Shown in pieces: positions 7,763-15,968 of a stretch of 18,844 bases of DNA; position 1 is the first letter of the stretch; each line of letters opens with the position of its first letter. The stretch lies in assembly GCA_046757025.1 (NCBI GenBank), contig JBHHXN010000099.1:1-18844 (forward strand), given 5' to 3'. The position numbers and the translations under genes are program-made. The DNA is from a bacterium. Lineage in GTDB: Bacteria; Zhuqueibacterota; Zhuqueibacteria; Oceanimicrobiales; Oceanimicrobiaceae. Under the pieces are notes generated by a model. The model had not been told where the DNA came from and ran no database searches. It saw only the letters and a program-made list of their open reading frames with translations.

Positions 7763-10700
7763 CTATTTCAACAATGTCATTTTCCTGGTTTTTACAAACT
7801 CTCCTGCAATCATCCGAATGAAGTATATCCCAGATCCTACTAGCATACCTTGGCCATTGGTTCCATCCCATTCTATAGTATAATGTCCTCCCTCCTGTTT
7901 TTTGTCTAATAGTGTTCTCACTCTTTGCCCCAAGATATTGTAAATCCCCATTTGAACTTGAGTTAGCTTAGGCAATGTGTACTGGATTGTTGTTGTCGGA
8001 TTGAAGGGATTCGGGTAGTTGTGAGATAGAGAATATGTTTCTGGTAATAGGGACTCGTCTCCATCAGCTATCCCCGTGGCAAACCCTTCTGTGATATTCA
8101 AGGTACTGTCTATTGGCGCACTCGTCAAAACTTCCACGAGGCCGGATGGCCAGCGCACGACAATAGAATCAATTTGGATGGCCTTGCCTAATCCAAACGA
8201 GATCGGCAAACTGCTTTGTGAATGATAAGCCGGATTGTTGCCATCTGCTTCTCTAATCTGCACCAAATCACCCGCCACAACCTTGAGTCGGGTGCCTAAC
8301 CCTTCCTTATTGCTGCGGGTACCCGATAAACGAACCTTTAGCCAGTGGTTGCTGTTTCGGTTATTTCTGTTAAGGAGATTAAGGCCGCGACTATTTGCTA
8401 CAAAGATATCCAGGAAACCGTCGTTGTTGTAATCCCAGAATCCTCCACCAGGGGAGAAGGACGGCTCCTGAACGTTGGCCAATTCGCCAATCTCCGTAAA
8501 TGTCCAGGCCGGAGGTCCATTGTTTCGATAGAGCGCATTTTCCGGATTGGGGTGCTGCCCACTGTTGGCGACGAAAATATCCAGGTAGCCGTCATTATTG
8601 TAGTCTCCAAACATGGAAAGCGTACCATCTCCAGTGTCGCCGACTTCTGCTTGATCAGTTACATCGGTGAAATCCCAGTCCGGGGGACCGTTGTTTTTCA
8701 GCAGGACGTTGGCATGTTTGGATTGAAATCTGCCGCGAATGATGTAAATGTCCAAGTAACCATCGTTGTTGTAGTCGCCGAATACGGCTCCTCGACAGCG
8801 GTTACCAAAGTTGGCTCCGGCCTGAGGAGCGACGTCAGTGAATGTTCCATCGTCGTTGTTGCGATAAAGCAGGTTATTCCCAGTGTAGGTTGTAACATAA
8901 ATGTCGGAGTCTCCGTCGTTGTCGTAATCACCGAAAATACATCCATGGCTCGTGCCGTTATAGCCCACACCCGCACTCTCTGTCATATCGGTGAATTCCC
9001 AGTTTGGTGGACCATTGTTCTTGTACAGCACATTTGGCGAATTCCAATTAGCCAGATACAGGTCGAGGTAACCGTCGTTATCAATGTCGCCGAAGGCAAA
9101 ACCGTTAACGCTTCCCTGATTCACAAAACCTGAGTTATCCGAAACATCCAAAAACGTTCCGTCCCGTTGATTCTCTAACAGTACCTTCAATCCGGAATTT
9201 GCTAAGAACAGATCAGGAAAGCCGTCATTATTGTAATCAATGAAAGCTGGGCCACCTCCGGTGCTGTCATTGCTCACCCCTGCCTGTGTCGTTACATCGG
9301 TGAAGCTGAAGCTCTGAGATCCTGAGTTTTGATATAGGTGATTACTGCCGTTGTTATAAACATAAATATCCAAGTCTTTGTCATTATCATAGTCGGCCAT
9401 GGCAAAACCGTTTGTTTCGCTAAGATCATCCAGACCGGAATTCACTGCGATGTCGGTGAATGTACTGGTTTCTTCCTCAGTGATTTGAATGAATTGGTCG
9501 CTTTGAACGGTTGTTAAGGTATTGACCAGCCCACCTGGCCATCGGACAACCAGACTATCTATTTGCTCAATAGTACCTAACCCAAATGAAACTGCCAAAC
9601 CGTTGTGTGACCCGGTGCCGCCACTCACTTCCCGGACCTGCGTTCCAGATGCAGTTGAAATCATAACACGGGCCCCGACAGCACTTCGGTTGCTTTTGGT
9701 ACCAACAAGCTTGACTGCAAGCCAATGATTATTGTTTCCATTGTTGCTGTAGAAAACATTCCGATTGCTTGACCTGGCAACATAAATGTCGATATCGCCA
9801 TCCTGGTCGTAGTCCGCCAACGCACATTTCGTGTCGTCGCCGGTATTTCCAACATCAGATGCTATGGAGATATTTTCAAAGGTTCCATCGCCATTATTAC
9901 GATAGAGAATGTTTGCTGAGGAAGGATTGGAATTGACGATATATAGGTCTAAATACCGATCATTATCAGCGTCACCCCATTTTGCCGACTTTGCGTTTTC
10001 ACCACTACCCACGAGACCTGCCGATTCAGCAACGTTCGCAAAAAATCCGGCACCGTTATTCTCATAGAGCTGGCTGGCTGAAGAATCGGCAATAAAAATA
10101 TCAAAAAAGCCATCATTGTTATAATCCCCGACTCCAACGCTGACACCGCTAGCGTTGGACAACCCGACCGCTGATGTGGCATCAGAAAAGGCACCATCGC
10201 CGTTGTTTCGTAGATACTTATTTTCCTTACTTTGGGCACTTGTGACCACCAGGTCCAAGTCTCCGTCATTATCAAAATCCGCAAACGCACTTTCACGGCC
10301 GTCAACGATGATATTTAGACCCACTGAATCCGAAACTTCAGTAAAGGTGCCGTCGCCATCGTTTTCAAAAAACAGACATGAGTTGGGACTGACTTGACTG
10401 ACAAACAGGTCCAAGTCGCCATCATTATCGGTATCTGCAAAGGAAGCACCAAAACATTCCTCGATTTCCCCTAGCCCTGCTGAGCCAGACACATCAGAAA
10501 ACGTTCCATCACGGTTATTTCGATATAGCTGCCGCGCAAATAGATCGGTATATCCATCACTATCATAATCGCCCCAGATGGCTACGCGGGAGCTTGCTGT
10601 TATGCCGGCAGTGGTTGAAAGATCGGAAAAAGTGCCGTCCTGATTATTCTGATAGAGCTTGTTGGTACCTGATGGTACTGCAACAAAGAGGTCGGGATAA

Positions 10701-13700
10701 TCATCATTGTTGAAGTCACCGAAAGCAACAGAAACCCCGTCCTGTGAATCGTCCGTGCCTGATAGGGTTCCGTTGTCTGAAAACGTGGGTGCTGTCCCCG
10801 AGATGACGAATAGCTCTTGACTGTTGTAGCTTTCAATCGTGTCTCTCACCGAACGGACAACATAATAACCTTGCAGATAATTTCCAACGTAGTATTGGTT
10901 CAAAGACAATGGCGCGCTATTCAACTTTTTGTACGGCCCCCCAGTGCTGCCTGCTCGATAGACATTATACTGGCCAAGATAATTGTGGTGCCATCTCAGG
11001 TATTGCGCGCTATTAGACGCTTTCATTTCTTCAGTACGGATTGTTCCTGACGTTTTACTGGCCATTGCAAGAATACTCGAGCCTTGTGTCTGACCTGTCT
11101 GGAAAATCGGAGCTGGCAAATTCGCTCCGCCCCAGATACCCATGTCATTTCTGAGACCACCTTTTGCTGGAGACAAAGCGAAGCCTGGGTTGTTTGGGTC
11201 TTCCAGATCATTAAACTCAGTGGCAGGATCCCCTGCATCGATACAAACAGAACCAGAGTTCAGTTCGAAGTCATGCACAGAAACGGTTGGTGCGGCTGCT
11301 GGATTCTTGAAATCTGGAAAGCCGTTATCCAGATTTCCTCCTGTATTAATACACCGCTCGCAGAGCGGAAAGCCGAGAAGGTTATTATATCCTACTTCCA
11401 CCCGGGCAGTTGAGCTGGCCTCACTATGAACGGGCGTTCTGTAAGTACCGCTGCTCAAGATATTGTTCTTAACCAACACCAGAGTGCTTTCCCACTGTGG
11501 GAGAAAAGTATCCTCAAATATTGGATAACCAGTTGCAGAGGTCCATCGCGGTAAAATCACATTATTGACAATTTGCGCCCTGCTGTTGCTGGAGCGAATC
11601 CCATGCTTGCCGTAGTCCAATATCAAATTGTTGTTGATTTCTACATTACTGCGGACAATGCTAATTCCTGTTTCGATATCATAAATTACGTTCCCACTAA
11701 CGGTTGGAAAAGACCTTTCAATATAGATACCGGTGGTCCCTTCACTCCCTTTATGAATGACGTTGTTGACCAGGTTGGTATTTCGTCCAAATATCACGTG
11801 GATGCCAGTTAATGCAAAATCTGAGATTTCACAACTGTCTACCTGAATCGGTTGAGGTTTATTCGCAAATCCGTTATACTCGATGCTTCTACCGGCATAT
11901 TCTATCTTGCAGTGTCTCAAGATGCTGCCGCTACTTGAAGGATTGATGATAATACCAGTCCAATCGCTGGCGGTTGGCGAAGTACTGCTAGAGGTAAAAA
12001 CGATAGGAGCGTCTTTGGTGCCAACAGCTTTCAGGGTACCGTTTACTCTAATTTTTATTTTATTTAGCGGGTGACCTGTTTTAGGCTCAGCTTTAATGGT
12101 GGTGCCAGGTTCAATGACAAGTATCTCAGATTTATCGACAACATAGTCCGTGGTCAGGTTGATCGTTCCAGACCATCTCCTTACTTTCGGAACAGCGAGA
12201 CCGTGGTTGTTGGTGTTCCATGAGTCGTGTTGAGACTGTCCCCAAGCTGTTTTGTCTCTATCATACGGCGTATCGAGATCCCAGACAAAGATGCCCCCTG
12301 ACGTGGTCCCTGAAGCAATTTCAATATCACCATCACCATCGAGGTCCAGCAAAACAGGGGTAGTCAAAGACATGTTGACAGCTCTCTTCGGAAATCCGTT
12401 GACCACGCTGCCGTCATGATTCCAGGCAGATATCCGCTCCTGGCGATCCGCGGCCACGACCTCACTGACTCCATCTCCATCCACATCGCCGATCAGCGGT
12501 GTTCCTCTGATCGAGAATTGCATGGGCCAACCAGAAAGCAGGCTGCCATCATGGTGCCAGAGGTACATGCGATCATACTCATTGACAGCAATTTCCACAT
12601 CACCGTCCCCATCCACGTCGCCCACTGCCGGAATGCTGCCCCACATATCTTTCTGAGTTGATTGCGGCCAGCCTGCGCCAAATGGTTGGGCATTGTGATG
12701 AAAGATATAAAAAGTCTTCTCTGCGCCAACGGCGATTTCCAGGTTGCCGAAATTATCGAAGTCAGCCAGAGTCGGGGCTGCGCTGAGCTGGCTATTGAAC
12801 GTTAGCGGCCAACCAGAAAAGTCGGCTCCATCCCCATCTAAAACCTTGAGAAGAGATGAATTCTGCCAGACACTGGCGATAACTTCAACATCACCATCAT
12901 TATCCAGATCGCCGAGCGCGATACCGTCCCACAGCGTTGTTGACGGGAACTTGGATTGAATCGGCCACCCGTTAACTGCGTCGCCAGTGTGGTGAAATGC
13001 CTCAATGCTACTCCACGTACTCACTACGATTTCCAGATCGCCATCATTGTCTAAATCACCGACGGTAGGAGTTCCTGGGATATCGGGCACAAACTGCGGC
13101 CAGTTTCCTGAAAATGGTTGGCCATCACCTTTGAAGACATAGAGTCGGTATCTTTGTGATCGATCATCTTCTGTTCCACTCACAATGATTTCCAAATCAC
13201 CATTGAAATCAAGATCTGCCAGAGCAACAGGTCTCAGAACATAATCGCCGGGTAGAATTATCGGCCAACCATTGACCACTGAGCCATCGTGGTGCCGTGC
13301 ATGGATGGCTCCGTTTACACCCACAAAGCCATCACTGACAATTTCGATATCTCCGTCTCCGTCGATATCGCCGAACTTTAGGGATTCATTTATTCCGCCT
13401 TGTTGAAATACTGGCCAGCCAGCCTGCATTTGCCGCTCTAGATAGACATGTACAATGTCCATAGCAACGCCGTTAGCGTCGAAGACAGAGAGCCTTATTT
13501 GGTACAACCCTGATTCTAGTTGCGTGTTGTCCCAATTAACCAGTGTGCCCTGATTGACCGATGTTCCTGAACCAATTTCTATCCAGTTCAACGGCATGGA
13601 GGTTCCGCCAGCATATTCGACTTTGTAAGACTCGCCAACAGCGGTGCCTGTGATGTCGATCGGTCCAAACAAAGCAGTGTTTACCTGGGGGAACTGAATC

Positions 13701-15181
13701 TGCGCTACCGCTGTGCTTGACAACTGGAGCTGCAAAGCCGCCAGCACATTGATCCGGCCGCTGCCAATAGGAAAATCCGACCTTATTGGCTCTGCGGAAT
13801 ATTTTATGACATCATAAATGTCGTCAACCGAATAGTCAGGGTAAAGTGAAACGATAAGCGCCGCCAGGCCGCTAACTAATGGTGCCGATGAACTTGTACC
13901 GGAAGCAAAGGCATAGCTGCTATTCAAGTCGGTAGAGTAGATGTTTGTTCCTGGGGCGGCAACATCCACCCAATCTCCATAGTTCGAAAAGCCAGCTCTG
14001 TTGTCCGCTTCATCGGTAGCTGCCACGGACAGAACCTTGGCCAGTGCGGCCGGATAGACTGCAAAGGCGCTGTTTTCATTACCTGCGGCTCCGACCAGGA
14101 CAACTCCCAAAGAATAGGCATAATCAACAGCGCTCGCGTAGGTCAGTCCCCCTCCTCCTCGAAAGCTCATGTTCACAACAGAAGCGCCGTTATCGGCCGC
14201 ATACTCGAGAGCGCGGCTTGCAGCGCTCGTAACGATCGCTCCTCTAGGGTTCGGGGGTGGCGTCTTGTACCCTACTCTCAGCGACATGATCTTGCAGTTC
14301 CAGGCCAGACCCGCGATTCCGATGCCATTATCTGTTGCAGCAGCGGCAATCCCGGAGACAAATGTTCCATGCCCGTGGAGGCTTCTGGGATCGTTGTCCT
14401 CTGGTCCCGGATCTTCACCTGGAAATACCGAACCTGCCGGAATGTTCAGGAAGTCCCATCCTCTAATATCATCGACATAGCCATTGCTATCGTCGTCAAC
14501 ACCGTTATCTGGTATTTCATCAATATTGTGCCATATTTTTGAAGCCAGATCAGGATGCATCCAGTCTACGCCCGTATCAATGATGCCAATGGCCACATTG
14601 AAAGCGCCCTTTTCTATGTCCCAACCTTCAGTAGCTCTGATTTTTTCGAGGCCCCACTGCTGTGTAAAATCGGGATCGTTTGGCACGATTTCCTGGACGT
14701 AGAAGATGTAATTCGGCTCAGCATACTCAACAGCGGGGTCTTTCTGGTATTCTCGGACAATAGAAAGGACATCCACATCTGGACTAAATCTGATTTTGTA
14801 AATGTTTGAAAGGTTTGGAACTTTTACCCTTTTGCCTTTAACCGTAATCATGCCATAGACATCTGGCTTCACAGCAGTCTTGAATACTTTTTCCATTTCG
14901 ATAGCGTTAAGGCGAGCATTTAGTGCATCAATCATCGAATCAGTCGTCTTAATCGTGCCCCCTACTTTTTGCAGGCGGATATTAACATCGTCCTTGAACT
15001 TTACCAATATTTCTCCCGGGACAAACTCCGGATTATCTGGATCATGTCTAACAGGTTCCTCCCCTGTTCTAAAGCCTGGGGATACCGCATGGTTGTTGAA
15101 TACAAAAATGAAGAGCAGTAGAGTCAAAAATGCAGCTAAGGCTTTTCCCGCTCTTTTTCGAAAAAATTTCTTTAGTCTCAT
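7763..15181 (-). CDS. Large secreted S8 (subtilisin-like) serine protease with FG-GAP repeats, right-handed beta-helix, two VCBS/ASPIC-UnbV (CRTAC1-like) modules and a T9SS-type/FlgD-Ig C-terminal domain
   Basis: RBS AGGAGG. Signal or anchor sequence, then a propeptide (VPGEILVKFK...VEYAEPNY). Catalytic triad D202 (IIDTG), H271 (HGHGT), S430 (SGTSSSAP) and oxyanion motif AAGN. DxDxDG-GWP repeats at ~12200-13420 and beta-helix at ~11430-12170. Two GDYDNDG repeat blocks each end in NHWL.V.L.G..SN...G.R...FGLG...IDS.VVRWP.G. The C-terminus reads NYPNPFNPTT...WDG...SGIYF...RKMTLLK. Confidence 0.92.
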   Translation of the reverse strand: MRLKKFFRKRAGKALAAFLTLLLFIFVFNNHAVSPGFRTGEEPVRHDPDNPEFVPGEILVKFKDDVNIRLQKVGGTIKTTDSMIDALNARLNAIEMEKVFKTAVKPDVYGMITVKGKRVKVPNLSNIYKIRFSPDVDVLSIVREYQKDPAVEYAEPNYIFYVQEIVPNDPDFTQQWGLEKIRATEGWDIEKGAFNVAIGIIDTGVDWMHPDLASKIWHNIDEIPDNGVDDDSNGYVDDIRGWDFLNIPAGSVFPGEDPGPEDNDPRSLHGHGTFVSGIAAAATDNGIGIAGLAWNCKIMSLRVGYKTPPPNPRGAIVTSAASRALEYAADNGASVVNMSFRGGGGLTYASAVDYAYSLGVVLVGAAGNENSAFAVYPAALAKVLSVAATDEADNRAGFSNYGDWVDVAAPGTNIYSTDLNSSYAFASGTSSSAPLVSGLAALIVSLYPDYSVDDIYDVIKYSAEPIRSDFPIGSGRINVLAALQLQLSSTAVAQIQFPQVNTALFGPIDITGTAVGESYKVEYAGGTSMPLNWIEIGSGTSVNQGTLVNWDNTQLESGLYQIRLSVFDANGVAMDIVHVYLERQMQAGWPVFQQGGINESLKFGDIDGDGDIEIVSDGFVGVNGAIHARHHDGSVVNGWPIILPGDYVLRPVALADLDFNGDLEIIVSGTEDDRSQRYRLYVFKGDGQPFSGNWPQFVPDIPGTPTVGDLDNDGDLEIVVSTWSSIEAFHHTGDAVNGWPIQSKFPSTTLWDGIALGDLDNDGDVEVIASVWQNSSLLKVLDGDGADFSGWPLTFNSQLSAAPTLADFDNFGNLEIAVGAEKTFYIFHHNAQPFGAGWPQSTQKDMWGSIPAVGDVDGDGDVEIAVNEYDRMYLWHHDGSLLSGWPMQFSIRGTPLIGDVDGDGVSEVVAADRQERISAWNHDGSVVNGFPKRAVNMSLTTPVLLDLDGDGDIEIASGTTSGGIFVWDLDTPYDRDKTAWGQSQHDSWNTNNHGLAVPKVRRWSGTINLTTDYVVDKSEILVIEPGTTIKAEPKTGHPLNKIKIRVNGTLKAVGTKDAPIVFTSSSTSPTASDWTGIIINPSSSGSILRHCKIEYAGRSIEYNGFANKPQPIQVDSCEISDFALTGIHVIFGRNTNLVNNVIHKGSEGTTGIYIERSFPTVSGNVIYDIETGISIVRSNVEINNNLILDYGKHGIRSSNSRAQIVNNVILPRWTSATGYPIFEDTFLPQWESTLVLVKNNILSSGTYRTPVHSEASSTARVEVGYNNLLGFPLCERCINTGGNLDNGFPDFKNPAAAPTVSVHDFELNSGSVCIDAGDPATEFNDLEDPNNPGFALSPAKGGLRNDMGIWGGANLPAPIFQTGQTQGSSILAMASKTSGTIRTEEMKASNSAQYLRWHHNYLGQYNVYRAGSTGGPYKKLNSAPLSLNQYYVGNYLQGYYVVRSVRDTIESYNSQELFVISGTAPTFSDNGTLSGTDDSQDGVSVAFGDFNNDDYPDLFVAVPSGTNKLYQNNQDGTFSDLSTTAGITASSRVAIWGDYDSDGYTDLFARQLYRNNRDGTFSDVSGSAGLGEIEECFGASFADTDNDGDLDLFVSQVSPNSCLFFENDGDGTFTEVSDSVGLNIIVDGRESAFADFDNDGDLDLVVTSAQSKENKYLRNNGDGAFSDATSAVGLSNASGVSVGVGDYNNDGFFDIFIADSSASQLYENNGAGFFANVAESAGLVGSGENAKSAKWGDADNDRYLDLYIVNSNPSSANILYRNNGDGTFENISIASDVGNTGDDTKCALADYDQDGDIDIYVARSSNRNVFYSNNGNNNHWLAVKLVGTKSNRSAVGARVMISTASGTQVREVSGGTGSHNGLAVSFGLGTIEQIDSLVVRWPGGLVNTLTTVQSDQFIQITEEETSTFTDIAVNSGLDDLSETNGFAMADYDNDKDLDIYVYNNGSNHLYQNSGSQSFSFTDVTTQAGVSNDSTGGGPAFIDYNNDGFPDLFLANSGLKVLLENQRDGTFLDVSDNSGFVNQGSVNGFAFGDIDNDGYLDLYLANWNSPNVLYKNNGPPNWEFTDMTESAGVGYNGTSHGCIFGDYDNDGDSDIYVTTYTGNNLLYRNNDDGTFTDVAPQAGANFGNRCRGAVFGDYNNDGYLDIYIIRGRFQSKHANVLLKNNGPPDWDFTDVTDQAEVGDTGDGTLSMFGDYNNDGYLDIFVANSGQHPNPENALYRNNGPPAWTFTEIGELANVQEPSFSPGGGFWDYNNDGFLDIFVANSRGLNLLNRNNRNSNHWLKVRLSGTRSNKEGLGTRLKVVAGDLVQIREADGNNPAYHSQSSLPISFGLGKAIQIDSIVVRWPSGLVEVLTSAPIDSTLNITEGFATGIADGDESLLPETYSLSHNYPNPFNPTTTIQYTLPKLTQVQMGIYNILGQRVRTLLDKKQEGGHYTIEWDGTNGQGMLVGSGIYFIRMIAGEFVKTRKMTLLK

Positions 15182-15259
15182 TTTTTGGTCCTCCTATACC
15201 ACCGCAATAAGGTTCCAGAAATACCGGCCTTTGAACTGTTTGGGCCAAGTAGGCCGATC

Positions 15260-15364
15260 AGATCCGGATGCGCTTCCCGCATCATCGTCAAGATAGGCTC
15301 CAACTATAGCGCGGTTGCCACTGATGCAAACCGAAATTCCGAACCCCTCATCTGATTCCTCCTT
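15260..15364 (-). pseudogene. Relic: single FG-GAP (integrin-alpha-type) repeat behind an orphan RBS and ATG
   Basis: FGISVCISGNRAIVGAYLDDDAGSASGS matches one FG-GAP_2-type repeat. A strong AAGGAGG (15364-15358) with ATG at 15351 is in a different frame and stops after 15 codons. Confidence 0.65.
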
Positions 15365-15401
15365 TTGAGAAAAATTAGGCGTTAGAAGTGGCCTTACCAA
15401 C

Positions 15402-15938
15402 CTACTTCAGCAATGTGAGCTTTCTGGTTTGCACAAACCCCTCTGCCTGGATTCGATAAAAATAAATTCCGCTCGCCAGGCCTTTGGCCTTGAAATCGAC
15501 TTTATATTCTCCTGGCTGGAATTCTTCATCAACCAGGGTTGCTATTTCCCTCCCCAGCACGTCGTAAAGCTTAAGGCTTACTCTTGAGCGCTTTGGCACC
15601 GCAAATTGGATGACCGTTGTGGGATTAAATGGATTTGGATAATTCTGGTCCAGCCGAAACTCTTTCGGGAGTAGCGGCGATGCGATTTGCTCCACGCTGG
15701 TGATGATGTCGATATTCTGGAACCAGATGCCGCTTTGCAAAAGAATTGAGGCACCGCCTATTGTCCCTACAAAGGTCTGACCAACTGTGCCGTAGATCCG
15801 ATTGCTGCTGTTGGACACTACGGTGCCGCCGCTGCCAAAGACGCTGTTTTTGATTTTATTTTGCGCCGCTACTTGTGTGGGAAGGCACACGCCCCACAAA
15901 ACCAGCACAAGCAGAACATTTCTTATCGTGCTTTTCAT
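15402..15938 (-). CDS. Small exported protein with a T9SS type A-like C-terminal sorting domain
   Basis: RBS AAGGAG. Signal peptide ending VAA-Q, a short domain of ~50 aa (SVFGSGG...GTVGQ...LQSGIW), then ITSVE..LPKEFRLDQNYPNPFNP...LASGIYFYRI...TRKLTLLK. Confidence 0.88.
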   Translation of the reverse strand: MKSTIRNVLLVLVLWGVCLPTQVAAQNKIKNSVFGSGGTVVSNSSNRIYGTVGQTFVGTIGGASILLQSGIWFQNIDIITSVEQIASPLLPKEFRLDQNYPNPFNPTTVIQFAVPKRSRVSLKLYDVLGREIATLVDEEFQPGEYKVDFKAKGLASGIYFYRIQAEGFVQTRKLTLLK

Positions 15939-15968
15939 TTTTGTGCTCCTCTTATTGCACCCAATTGT

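Noticed and set aside
8345..9133. 262-aa plus-strand ORF, and similar antisense ORFs such as 17614-18180 and 14880-15296
   Set aside because: They lie antisense to well-supported repetitive genes. Their V/I- or S/P-rich composition mirrors the sense-strand codons.
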